Assembly: GCF_009914755.1 (NCBI RefSeq)
Contig: NC_060939.1
Length of the DNA stretch: 64,000 nucleotides
Source: the human T2T-CHM13v2.0 reference genome, Homo sapiens
Strand: one strand, 5' to 3'
Shown here piece after piece: positions 39,281-53,570 of the stretch (the first letter of the stretch is position 1; each line of letters starts with the position of its first letter). The position numbers and the translations under genes were made by a program. A model generated the notes under the pieces. The model saw nothing but the letters and a program-made list of their open reading frames with translations, was not told the DNA's origin and did no database searches.

Positions 39281-40174
39281 ACTGAGATGCAATTAATTGA
39301 TCTTTGCATGGCTTAAAAGAGAGAATACAACATCAGGAAATCATGGTTGCCTCTGTGGAGACAGAAAGGACGTCAAAAGTCATTAGATCAGAGTGTTCTC
39401 TGCTAAGGCAGCAGCTGAAAAGAGGGGGTGGCAATTAAAGGAAAAGTGAAGTTAGGGAAAGGAACTGGCCCTGGGGTCTTTAGGAATAGGGGAGACAGTG
39501 CTGGATGTTTGCAAGTGCATGTCTCATACTCATACAATATGATTTCATTTTAGGATTAAAAGTGGAGTTAATTTTGTATCTTTATGTCAATTACTACTGA
39601 CAAAATGGAACTCATGTACCAGCAGGTCGTCTGCAAGTCGTGGGTCATATGGAAATGAGGAATTCATGTTTAATAATTGACAGTAGCTGATGAACAATCA
39701 CTTACTTGTTTGTCCCACCCTTTGGCATTTCTGCAACATGGTTCCTAGAGTCATACTCTTCTCTTTTCCTTCCTCTTTGCCCCGGTATTTCACGCATGAA
39801 AGGGTGTTTTGGCAGCTAGAGATCTCTTCAGTGAAGAATGTTCTCTTATAGTAAATTCATAGCATTTCAGCATTTCAATACTTCTCTGTATCTCTGATTT
39901 CTGGCTTTCCAGAGATGTTAAGTCTAAAACCCCATGCAGAGGATAAAAATGTAATAAGTTAAACAAGAAAATAAGAAAAAATTTTAAAACCTCACATGTT
40001 AATTCAGAACAATAGTTCTCAGAATGCAAACTCCAGTTATCTGATTCAGCTGTCCCTGGAGGGGCTTTCTTGGGCAAGGAGTAGATGGCCCAGCATCTAA
40101 CACTGTATGCATTGCAGGCTTCTCAGCTACTCAGGAAATGAAACCAGGCATATAGCTGTGTATAGAGAAGGAAG

Positions 40175-40193
40175 GCACTGCCACCTACAGGTT
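40175..40193 (-). promoter_or_regulatory. Candidate CTCF core motif
   Basis: Minus strand reads AACCTGTAGGTGGCAGTGC, fitting the CCNSYAGRKGGCRS core; not inside a recognised repeat. Confidence 0.5.
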
Positions 40194-40548
40194 GTAAGAT
40201 TATGGACCTAACACATTCACATTTAATTTGTAAAAGAAATTATTTTACTAATGTAATGTTGTCATAGCCTTAAAAGCCTCAAAGATAGTTGGTCTATCCT
40301 CCTACCTTTGGGCAGACCTGTTTCTAAATATGCAAGAACTTTCGTTGAGATGAGAGAAGTTCAGCTCTCAGACAATTAAAATCTAACCAAAGTCAGACTT
40401 GCCCTGCAGGAATTGAGGATTAAGCTAGGCTTTGCACAAGGTAAGCGGTGAAGGGGTGGTTGTCAATTGCCTTCTAATGCAGTCTTTAAACTCTGAGATC
40501 TCTCTGGGCCTCAGTTACTCTTTTGTAAACTGACGTAATGGCCTAGAT

Positions 40549-40742
40549 CTGTGGTTCTCAAAGTGTGGTCCCTAGACCAACATCAGCAGCAGCATCCAGG
40601 ACTGGTCCTGCTGATGATTTACCTGGCCTTGCCCTGGGCCCCAGACCTATTGAATTGGAAACTCTGTAGGTGGGCCCCAGCAATGTGATGTCACAAGTTC
40701 TCCAGGTGACTGTGCTATACATAAAAGTGTGAGAATACCTGT
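40549..40742. mobile_element. MER5A
   Basis: tgtggttctcaaagtgtggtccc...ccccagacctattgaattggaaactctg...aaagtgtgagaa. Confidence 0.85.
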
Positions 40743-41156
40743 GTTAGATGATTTAGAAATATCCCATGTGCAATTCCACACCACTGCAGGTGTTACCTGC
40801 AGTTTAACCATCTGTCTGTGGAGGAGCTGTCTGCCCAGGAAGATTGACCTGGGGGTGGTGGTGCAGGGGAGAGCAACTGAGGAAAAGTTAGAGCTGAGAA
40901 GCCGAGGTTCACCTGTCTAGTGAATGAAAATTCAGCCTCTGATGGACAGTCCTGATGGTCAACTGAATGTCTAAAGACCATTGGTCCAAGAGATTTCTCA
41001 CCCTATTTCACCAACATATAAGAGCAATGGACTCTCACTCTGCTTTGCCATCCACTGTCTGAACGAATGCATTTCCCCTGGCTGCACCCCAACTACCAAA
41101 TAACAAGGCTTAGGTTTCCCCTCTTCTTCCACAAAGACTTTTGTGAATGGCAATAA

Positions 41157-41618
<462 letters not shown>

Positions 41619-43489
41619 TAGCAGAAAATTGAGTACTTAATGACATATCATATTGGAGTATTTTCAAATTGTTCCCATGATTATCTCATCTCACTCACCA
41701 GAGCTCACTGAGGATTTTTGCTTATGTGGCTCATATACTCACCCCCATGTTTCTGGCAAGTTTCCAGAGCGACTCCGGCACAAATTGGTGTTTAACAAAT
41801 TATTGATGATTGACTTTTATATAGTTATCTGAAACTACAAATGTGAATACATTTTAAGCCACCACAATTTTTCTCCTCTTTTCCCCATTATGATCCTAAA
41901 GGATTCTGTAAAACAGTCATATTGACTTAAAGAGGGCTAAAACCCACAAAAAAACAGCGAACTTGAAAAAGGTGAAGTGGTGAGGAATTCTAAGAATTAT
42001 ATTAGACCCACCTAGGTAGATCAGTGGAACAGTCACTCTTCAAATTTCCTCTGTTATGGGTCATGTATTTGAGCAGTTAAAAAAAATAAAATTTAAACCA
42101 CACCGACCAAAAATTTGAATCATCCTTTTAAAGAAAACTTAATAAAAGTTATGTGCAGATGTAGCTAGTACTAGAAAATAAACCAAAATGTCAGCAGTCT
42201 TTTTTAGTATTGTGACTATGAGATTGTTGATGAGTAATTATTGAAAACCTCCCTGAATTTGTTCTGGACTTCCTTTCAATAGGAAGGAGAAAACTTAAAA
42301 CAGACTGAGGTGTCTGTCCCTTGGTTGCTAAAGCTGCTCTAGAAGGGTGCTCTGTAGAGAGCCCTGTCTGTTATGAAGAAGAAGAGTCAGGGGTCTGACA
42401 CTACCCCAAGCCCTTTTCTTTTACATAGGAAATGTGAACATACAAATGTGTTTGTACAGCGTCTCCACACCCAGTAGTGCCACCAGACACTGAGGTCAGA
42501 AACTACAACTCATGTTTGCCTCCCAGCTGCTAGCCAGCTCGCACATAGCGAGGCCTTCATTGATCTGAATTAGGCAAAACATACTAATATCCATAGTTAT
42601 TTGGCAACAGGACCACGTAAAGTTTATCCTACCACTCTCAAGTTTTATTTATACAACTGTCACTTTAAGAGGCCTATTTGTTTATGGTAAAGAGACCACT
42701 TTGAGTAGGACAAAAAATGGACAGGGTCAAAGCTGGTTCTTCGTTGCGAAACAAACCAACATCATTTTAATGGATTCAGTCTGGTTTTCTGAGGATTGGT
42801 TGGAAAGTTGGTTTTGGTTTGTGTGTGCATTTTGCAAAAGTCCACACTTTTTCTATAACTTGTAGACCTCGATGTCCTTCTGAATTCTCCTCAGGCTATG
42901 ACATTCTAAATGACCTAGGATTGAGAGATGCTTTCTGTACAGCCCAGAGCAGCTGCATAGTGGAGGTGGTGGCATTTCAACAGCACAGATCAGTGAAAGA
43001 CCCTTTATTATCTAATGGTAGAGGACCAGGCTATAAAGTGGATTGTGTGCTCAGGAATCCTTTGAGATGAAAGGTATGGAAGAGGGAGAATGGGCTCTAT
43101 TCAGCCTCATGGAGGGCAGATATGTGCCTGAGAACAGAGACTGTCTTCATTGACTTAGTGCTTTGGGTGGAAGAGGGCACTGGTAGCAGAGTCTCGTGGG
43201 CGCAGAGGGTGAGGGACCCTCCTGTGGCTCCTCTGGGTGGCTCTGAGTCCAGGCATACAAAGACATTGCTAAAGAATCACTGCCCTGTTGCAAGAATCTT
43301 GTGAGGTCCCCCTGAAACAAGAAACATTTTCTGTGTTCCCACCCAAGAGGGGGTGCAGAGTTCTCTCCTAGGGGTAGAGGGTGGGGACCACACAAATGGA
43401 GGAAGCATGATGCCCCTCACCACTTCCAGCCCTTCCCAGATGCTGGTTACTTTCAGCAGCAGACCTCACGGAAGGCCTGCAACACCTCT

Positions 43490-43640
43490 GTGAAACAGGG
43501 AGGGCAGGGATTAGTATTTCCATTTAGTCGAGGAGAAAAATGAGATTCAAGAGCTTCAGTGACTCACCCAAACTTATGTGCCAAACAAATCAGATCTGGG
43601 ACCGGAACTCACATCTTCTCATCCCACTTCAGTGTTTTTC
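43490..43640 (-). mobile_element. MIR SINE
   Basis: cagggattagtatttccattta...gaggagaaaaatgagattcaagag...gtgactcacccaaa...ctgggaccggaactca. Confidence 0.7.
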
Positions 43641-44438
43641 CTCCAACATGAGGCAGCTGCTCCAAGACTGCCTTTCAGGCATGTGCTAGAATGAAAAGCC
43701 ACACGGCCCCACAGCATGGGGAGGGCTGCTTACCAACCTGCCCTGCTTCCTACCCACTTGACTCCTTCCTGCTTTCCACACCAGGTCAAATATGCACTTA
43801 TGACAGTAGACTATTGACAGCAAGTTTTGGGGGGGACTGGTGATAAGGCAGGACATTAAGGTGACTATAATGGCAGCAGCAAAGGCACACTAATGTCTTC
43901 AAAGAATCGACAGTACTGCCTCTTAAAGTAGAGCCCAGGCTCCAACCCCAACCCCAAGGGCCTTGTGGAGCCCCTCAAATGTGAAGCAAAGGCAAACCAG
44001 AAGGCAGGCTCAGGTACTCAGTCTCTTCTTTGGAAGGGGCTGGAGACACTCTAGCTCCACTGAGCCATAATAAAAAGGAACTTTACAAATAAGCACAAAG
44101 TAGGCCAAGATCTCCCACATCTCCAGTCACTCCAACAGGCCTCCAATAGTACTCCAGTACTTTAGAGGGCATGACAGAAAATAGTTCCCTTGATGGGGAA
44201 ATGGGCCTTTTTGGTGTGATCTTACAGAATTTCTGCATTGGATATAACCTGAAAAATGCAAAACCCCCATCGCCCTGACTCTTTTGGATCCAACAGCTGA
44301 GTGTATGGGGACAGTTTCCTTGACCGCCATGATGGAGACTAGGGATTGAGCACCTGCTCTGTGTTCTTCACAAAGGCAGTTGTATGTGCCATAGGAAAAG
44401 AGAACGCTACTTGCAAAATTGCTCTAAAATAGAGAAAT

Positions 44439-44814
<376 letters not shown>

Positions 44815-44919
44815 TCAAAGAAGAAAACTCTACATTACTGTCACCTAGAAAGGTAAGCCAAAAACTATTTGTTTCATTTCCATTTACATTTTTTTAAATG
44901 AATATAAGACATGCTGATT

Positions 44920-45100
44920 CTGAAATTTTAGCTGGTATCAGAACCTCCTGGAAGGCTTGCTTAAATACAGATTGCTGGGCTTGGCCTCAGAATTTCTGAT
45001 TCAATAGGTCTGGGGTAGGACCTGAGATTTTTATAGTTCTGACAAGTTCCCAGGTGATCTCTAGGCCACTGGTCTGGGGATCATGCTTTGAGAATCACTG
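44920..45100. mobile_element. MER5A
   Basis: acagattgctggg...tttctgattcaataggtctgggg...acaagttcccaggtga...ctttgagaatcactg. Confidence 0.85.
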
Positions 45101-45589
45101 ACATGGAGATTTTTTTTTTTTTTTTTTTTTTTTTTAATGGAGAAAGGGTCTTGGTTAGAAGGTTACTCCACATCAGGACCTGAAATCCCAGCCAGAGTGA
45201 CTGAGGTTGTTAGAGTCCAGTTTGACCCTGGATGACTTTGGGGATGAAACAGGCAGTTACCACCTTCTGAATGACAGTGCCTACAGCAGTGCAATCTGTT
45301 TCCAATTTAAAGAAGAGGGCGAGTGCTCCGCAACGCTCAGCTCAGTAAGCCTGTCATCCACAGGCGGCTCTGCACCTGGAACTGAGCTGGCATGATGCTT
45401 ACGGGCTTCAGAGAACTTTGTGAAGATTATCACTGCCTTTACTCTGCAAGGGAGTTTGTCATGAGTATTCTAAACACCATTCCCAAACCAGCTCTAAGGA
45501 AAATTATTATTTGTTATTATTCTACCTTCTCAGGATCTTATCTCCCTGCTTCCATAAAACTCATCTCGCTCTTCGTCGCCTGCCTTTAG

Positions 45590-45758
45590 CCAATGCTTCT
45601 CAAATATAATGATACCCCAAATTGCTGGGGGATCTTGCTGAAATGCAGATTCTGATTTAATAGGTCTGATGTAGTGGGGCCTGAGCCTCTGCATTTCTAT
45701 CAAGTTCCCAGGGCTTGCCGATACTTCTGGTTCCTGTACTACACTGTGAGTAGCAAGG
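45590..45758. mobile_element. MER5A1-like
   Basis: ggatcttgctgaaatgcagattctgatt...ggggcctgag...ctgcatttct...acactgtgagtagcaagg. Confidence 0.8.
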
Positions 45759-46217
45759 CATTAAATAATTTGAGACTTCTTAAGATTATCTATAAATTCT
45801 ATCTTTTATTCTCTGGCTACCCTTCTGCTAGGTGTGACCAAATGCTAATGGCAAATCATATCTACTGCTGTTAGTATGTGAGTTTAGCAACCATTGCCTC
45901 TCCTGGCAATAGTATGCTAAAATGTGTAGGATTCTGAAGCTCCTTGAGAATGACACAGTAGAGACTTTCAATCCAGGGACTGGCCACTCAGGTAAAATTT
46001 TAGAGTTAGGGCCAGTTCTTATTGATCTCCTTTTGCTGGTGAAGGAAGCAATCCCTAAGGCAGGATGAATTGACTCAATTATTTATTTATTGGCAATTTA
46101 TATCCTATCTCCTTCTAAAATGGGTTTAAAGCAGTGAGATCTGACTTAGGATCAGGCTATCTAACTAGTAAAGTCCAGTGTAAAATTTTCCTTTATGTTT
46201 GCAACTATGTCTTTTTA

Positions 46218-46302
46218 TAAAGAAGAGAACAGGGAGGAAGACGGCAGGGAGAAAAAGAAGGAGAAGGAGGAAGACGGGGAAGAGGAGGAGGAGGAGGAGG
46301 AC
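46218..46302. repeat. GA-rich low-complexity tract ending in (GAG)n
   Basis: gaagaggaggaggaggaggaggac; produces the poly-E and poly-R ORF artefacts. Confidence 0.85.
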
Positions 46303-46654
46303 GAGCTGCTCTTTTCTCCAGCTTCCCTATGTGGATACACCCAGTCATTCTTTTACTTCTCAGAAATTTCATTGCATCAGATCAAAAATCTCAGTTATTC
46401 TCTTCCTTTTATCTAAAAAATGCCCAGCTCAAATAAAAGTAACCTAATGCCAAGAACCAAATGAAAAAGGTGGTTTATCAATAAATCATGGAACTTTCTT
46501 TGACCCTTCATTCTCCCCTGTCTCCTTTGCCCCATCTGTCACAGAGGCCTTGCTGTTCTGTCTTTCCCACTGCTCTCACATTCACTCTCCCTCCCTCACT
46601 TCGTTGGCCACCAAATAGTCCAGCCTTACGATCTCATATAGAACATTGCTATTA

Positions 46655-46885
46655 ATACCTGGCATATACTGGCAATCTGCTTTGGACCAGCCACTCTACT
46701 AAGAGTTTTTTATGCATTTAATGCCCACTGTAATGCTATGCAATAGGTGTTATGACTCCCATTTTATAGGTAACAAATTTGAGGCTTAGAGGTTAATTCA
46801 CCTGCCTAAGTTTTCGTAATTAGCATGTAATATAGTACAATGGGTTTCAAACTCAAGCTCCAGAGCCAAAGTTCTCTTTCACTAC
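46655..46885 (-). mobile_element. MIR SINE
   Basis: cccattttataggtaacaaatttgaggcttagaggttaattcacctgcctaag. Confidence 0.8.
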
Positions 46886-48199
46886 TGAACAAAACCACCT
46901 CCTGCACTTTAGATGCATCTGTCTGGGTGTGAATCTGTCCATGTGCTTATTGGTCTATCTCTGCTTACTCCAAAAAAGAAAAAAAAAGGAAACTACTTAG
47001 AAATTTTATCTGTGTCAGACCTACAGTTTTCTTCTTTTAGTGAGACATAACGATAAGGTAATCAGATCTCCTACTGTAAGTTGGTAAGCTCAGAAAAACA
47101 TTCCTACCATCCTTAGGCAGCCCCTCTCATTTGAGTCTCTCTTAAAAAATTTATCCTGCAAACTCTGGTCAAATCACCTTCCCTGAAACATTGCTTTCCT
47201 CACATTGCTCCCCAGCTTCAATAACAAACAGGTTTCAGGAGATAACCCTTCTCATATACTTTACTGTCCAGTATCTGAACCCCATTTCCAAAGTTGAGGA
47301 ATCCTCCATCTTAAGAAGCAGAGTCCATTGCTGAAAGTGCCAGAGGGTTGAATTGCTAGTCTTGCTTGCAACTACAGCCTGGGCATGTAATCTAGGACCC
47401 ACCATCTGACAATACCACCCTAAATTTTAAATTGGAAAAAGCCTGGGCCTTGGCAAGGCAGTTTTAACGAAGGGTGGCAACAGCTATTTCTATGCTGCAG
47501 TTTTAGCATCAGAGTTGAGGACTGTGGTGCCCTGGAGCAAGCCATGCCCTGATGCCCGCTTGCAGTGAGAGAAGAGTCTTCTCTGACCAATTCGATTACA
47601 ACTGGAGACACAGCTTCTGAAGCTTCCCAGAAAGTCTCAGTGCTTCCTGCTAGTGTTTGATCATATCTTTTCAAACAGCCAGAATTAAGTCACTCAGAAT
47701 TGGGGTTAGGGCCTTGCTGCCAAGTACGCTGCCTGCTACAAAGTCCTTGCTTCGTCAAGCATGAGGAGCAGCCACTTTGGCCCAACCGTCACCTACAGCA
47801 CTCGCACCTTAGAGGTGGAGCAACAGAGGGAGCCCTGTGAGAGAAAACCCTTGACCTCTCTTCTCTTTCGTTATGTCATTTTCATGACAAATTTATTTAA
47901 ATTTACCCGCCGTGCCCTGCTCCAGTAAGGAGGGGTCGTTGCAAATCTGGCACAAGCATCTGCTATGACTACTGACCTGCAGGATGGGCAGAAAATAGGC
48001 CAGAGCCTCCTGGAGCCACCACCCCTAGGACTTGGAGCCTTGATCCCCAACCCTACTGCCTGGAAGAGAGGCTGGGGCAACGTATTAGTGAGAGAACCCC
48101 TCAAAATGTGCCTCTCATCTTCAGTGCACTCACATTTTGGGGGCAGGTGTCTGCCCTGCCCACAGCCCTGCTGGAGCACACCTTGTGGTAACCACATGG

Positions 48200-49000
<801 letters not shown>

Positions 49001-50499
49001 TGGTTTCCTTAGATCTCTGAGCACAGGCATCCTGACCACAGAACGCCCAGGATTTGAGGTCATTTGAGGGCAGCTATGTTTTTTTGACCAGAAGAGAATA
49101 TCTGGACATATGGACACATGCATCTGCCAATATAGGGCTCTGCTTCCCAAGCACCCAGAATTTAGGGATGGCTTCTTCCTCCCAAAGGCACAGAAAGAAC
49201 CCATAGGCCAGCCATTCCAAATGTGACTCGCATATGGAGAAGCATAAACATGGCAGATTAAGGGATGCTCCCTTCTAAGAAAACAATATTGGGGAGATAA
49301 CAATTAGCACTGTTAAAAAATAGCATAGCATTGCGTCTCACATCTATTGTTTCACTGTGTTTTAAAATTATTTCAGTTTTACTTCCTTCTCTTTGTTCTG
49401 TGCAATACTTTAGTGACTTTGCCCTCTGCCTTTGTACATAAAATCATGGTTAGACACAGAAGTTTAGCAATGGCGTGTGACTAAACAAGGTTTGGCCCAT
49501 GCCTTTTGAACAGTTGCTGATCCCTGGGCTTCCGTAGTCAAATCTAAACTCTTCTGCTGGTTTTCAAAGTCCTCCTAGCCAGGCTCTACCCTCCCTATCC
49601 AGCTTTATTTCCCTTGTCAATAAAAACCCATTAACTCAGGCCCAAACTTCCATTTTTATAAAAGGGCTTATGTAGATTTGCCACAAACAGCTAATTTGTC
49701 ATAACTTCTAAGCGCATTATATCCCCAGGACAAGGCTGGAAAAATAACGTCTGGGCCCTTGAAGATATTTCTTTGCCTTGCTGTTGTCACAGCTAAGTGG
49801 AGTGATTCATTAGCCCTGTGAGAAACGCCTGACTGTCATTCTTAGAAGATATTACAGTTACTATGCAGTAGCAAGTCAATATTCAAAGAAAATTGAAATC
49901 TCTCCCTTCTCTGAACTCCCATAGTACTTTGGGTTTACAATTCTCACAGTCCTTATCATGCAGAGCTTTGTACTGTGGTTATTTCTGCACATGCACAGCT
50001 CAGCTCCCTGCTGGACTCTACTCTGTGACAGCTGAGACAGGTATAGGCTCTCCTGTCTCTAACTGTGCCTGGCGCTGAGAAGGTAATCCATAACTGTTTG
50101 TTTTTACTAAAATGAAACATGAAACTTAGCTTTTCTTTTTTCTTTTTAAAGAAACTACCTTTCTTGTTCCAGACAGTGGGATAAATGATGTATATATTCT
50201 GTGGAATTGTTTCCCTGAATCCTCAGAACAGACTTATGAGGTAGGTCTCACTCATTGTCCTTGTGATCTTGGTTAACATGAGCATTCTTTCATTGGTAAA
50301 CCCATGTCCTATATTGTTACACTTCAGGTGATTAACAAAGTAACTGAGGCCTTTCAAGTGAAGGAAGAATGCAACTTAACTTCAACAGCAAGCCGTCTAG
50401 GTTAACCTCTTCAACTTTCAACACTTGAAGAGTGTTTCCCCCATGTGCGGTCCTCAGAAAATAGTAGATTCACAGATATGGTAGACCAGAGTTTCTGTG

Positions 50500-50630
50500 A
50501 GTCATTTAATGTACAATCAAAATGCAGATTCCCGAGCCTCACCCCAGATCTACCTGACCAGGAGCTTTGTAAATGAGGTTTTAAAATACACCTAAGGTGA
50601 TCTTGATGTGCATATAAATTTGAGAAACTG
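50500..50630. mobile_element. MER5A-like
   Basis: aaatgcagattcccgagcctcaccccagatctac...ggtgatcttgatgtgcatataaatttgagaa. Confidence 0.75.
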
Positions 50631-50649
50631 TCTTAGATTGAGTCCTCAA

Positions 50650-50830
50650 ATCAGTCAGGATGGGCTAGGTATGCTGCAGTAACATATCTCACTCACACCA
50701 AGTCTTCTGTGGGTATCAGTAACTCCCAGGGAGGTGTCCTCCATGTGGTGACTCAGCGATCCAGGCTGTCCTGATCCTGTGCCCTTCATTCCAACCTGAG
50801 GCTTGAATGTTCACTGTGTCAGAAGAAGGG
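50650..50830 (-). mobile_element. MLT1J/I-like LTR fragment
   Basis: tcagtcaggatgggctaggtatgctgcagtaaca...ctccatgtggtgactcagcgatccaggctg. Confidence 0.7.
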
Positions 50831-51942
50831 TACTTGTCTACAGAGGGTGTTGTGCAACATATTCTATGTTCCTAGTCTTAAGAAAAAAGAAATTGAGAAA
50901 TACTAGTGATCACCAGTAAAGTGTATGTTAGGTAAGCTGCGTTTGAGTCTCCATGAGCATACTTCACCCTTCCAAGAAACCTTAAGTTTGCTCTCTAGTT
51001 GAGTGAAATCTTACAGCAGCAGAGGAGAAGGGTGTGTAAATCAATATTTGCATCTTCCAAGAGCACTGCAGACCTCCAGAGAGGAGAGCAGAGCAAAAGG
51101 CAGTAGTCATATTCCTCACTATTTTCCTTTCTTTGTGTTTCTATACCAAGAAAACTAACTAGATGTACAAATTTCATGTAATGTTGACAATAAGGATGCT
51201 AATATTTCTATGAAAATCCAAAGGAAGCCTCATGATGCTGCACACTTAACTGGAACCACTTCCAGTCCCTGCAGAGGTCTTAAGTACGTTTCTCCGGTAG
51301 GTCTCAGGTTTTCAACTACCTATTTATTTCCTTTGCTCTTTCTCCTTATTTCCCCTGAGTTTCTTACTCCTTGTTTTACCATGGAATAGGCAAATCTATG
51401 CAGTTTCTTTTCTCTCACCTGCCTGAAGACAGCACATAAGCTCTTTTGTTTGCTGGCTATGTTTCTGCTCAACATAATAATGAGGAGAGGAAGGGAAAGA
51501 AAATTCATTCCTTAGGAAAGGGCCCAGTAAAGTGGAGGTCACATAAGAAGTTATGTTTATGTCTGAATTGTCTTCTCTCTCCTGGAGGAAGGGACCACAT
51601 GCCCATTGGTTCAGTGGAGGCTGGATGGAGAAGGTCAGTGAACAGAAGACGGAGGCCTACTGTGTTTCCAATTACATCTCCAGAGGAAGCCAGAGACTCT
51701 AGAACAGGGACAATGAGAACCTTGAAAGGAACTTTGCAAGTTCTATAAGTTTGTCATTTTAATTCTCCTCAGCTTGGAGGTGGCCTCACGTGCTTCAGCC
51801 AGACTTAGATGTACTATGTATGTATGTACTAGAATGCACTATAAGAATGCCAGGAACAAGTGTGGTCTATAAAGGGAGCCTCAGTGTAACGCTGAGACAG
51901 GCTCATTGGCAGCTCCAGTAGGAAATTATAAGCTGAATATTT

Positions 51943-52015
51943 TATATATATATATATACACACACACACAATATGCATACACACAATCGCACACACATAC
52001 ATACACACACACACA
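51943..52015. repeat. Compound (TA)n-(CA)n microsatellite
   Basis: Seen directly, imperfect. Confidence 0.9.
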
Positions 52016-53369
52016 TTTTAAAAGCTTTCTGCAATAGCCATCCAAAATCTAAATTGAAATAAAACTGAAGCTAGGACTTAACAGTGCTCTCCTCCTCCCC
52101 TGATACATCTCTAATTTTTCTTCTGGGGGTTTGGGTTACCCAGACCCTCCATTTCAGATAAGTCTCTCTGTATTTCCACAAAGTACTGAAAGAGAGCTTA
52201 GGGACTGAGTCTAGAAGCCTCATTTTACATACAGGAAACAGGCACAGAGATGTGGTGAGAGGCTGAGACTAGATGGAAAGAAACTGGGTCTTTCAGCCCA
52301 GGACAGTTTTCTAACAGCCCACTGCCACACAATCTCAGGAGGACTGCAGCCCAGTGTGGAACTGTGGAAATCTCTTCCTCTTATTCTTGGGATGGGTTTG
52401 TCTAAGTCTTCTTCGCTTTAGTGAGAGTATCTTATCCTTTTCTCTGTGATGCAGCAATAAATAAGGCTAATGGTATGTAACTACATTTGTCACATCTCAC
52501 GCTCAGGTCCTAGACTCTAGGTGCTCACGGAATCTCTTTTGTTTCTGGCAAGAAAATGGTGCATTGAGTCACTGACAGGGAAGCACAATAAGAGGCCAGG
52601 TGTAGGGTCCATGTTTACCTTCTCTCCTCCTCCCCAGCAGGCTTCCTGCGCACTTCTTCAGGCTACACTGGCCAACTTAAGCCTTTGTATATGAGGAAGA
52701 TTAAGCCAAAATAGTCTCCTCTCCCTGTGGTTCTTCCTCTTAGCAAGAAGTAATAGTACTGAATCTTATTCCAAAAAAAAAAAGCCTAAATAAATATAAC
52801 CATCCAGTTCCTTGTTTCCAGTTTGTCAAGATAAATCAGGCTCACTGTTCCTGCAGAGTCCCTTAAACCTTTTGTTTCACCTAAAGAGTAGCCGACAGTT
52901 CCTTCAGCTTCATCCATCCAGCCTGACCTGCCCCTCATGGCCAGGGCAGACCTGCACATCAGCCTGGAGACACAGAGAGACTTCTCTAAAAACAGAGCCT
53001 TTGTTCATGAAGACCATTGCCACTGCTTGTGGACTTCCTGATTTTTTTCATCAGCTGTTGAAGACCCTTGATTCTCACCCAAAACACGTCAAAACTGATG
53101 CTGGTAGAAGAAACTATGCAGGAAAGGGGAGAAATATATTGTTGGGTATTTTTTTAGCACTACAGTTTTTAATCAACTCTTTACCCAAAGCCTGATACCA
53201 GATCAAACCTTAAATTTCATTCCACCATATGGCTTAATGATGATATATTCCAAACTTCTTCATGTGGAAGCAAGGCTGTTGACTGGACATGCCAATACTG
53301 GGTACAGCCACATCCACAGCTCCTTCCAAGCTGACCAACTCACACCCCTTGGTAGAAGGAAATTCACCA

Positions 53370-53570
53370 CATACTAGTTTTGTGAACCGCTAAGACTTAG
53401 TTTCCTCATCTGTTAAGTGAAGGTAATCATAGAACAAACTTATGGGATGATTAAATAAATATGGAGGTGAAGAAATGAATGTTGACTAAATGGAGATGAT
53501 GATTAAATGAAATAATATATGTGAAATGCCTAGAACAATGCTAAACAAATCTTAGCGACTGTTGACTGTT
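53370..53570 (+). mobile_element. MIR SINE
   Basis: cttagtttcctcatctgttaagtga...gattaaatgaaataatatatgtgaaatgcctagaacaatgc. Confidence 0.8.

Noticed and set aside
46195-46447. Poly-Glu and poly-Arg ORFs resembling acidic nuclear proteins
   Set aside because: Produced by a GAG low-complexity tract; no flanking homology, poly-A or TSD of a retrocopy.
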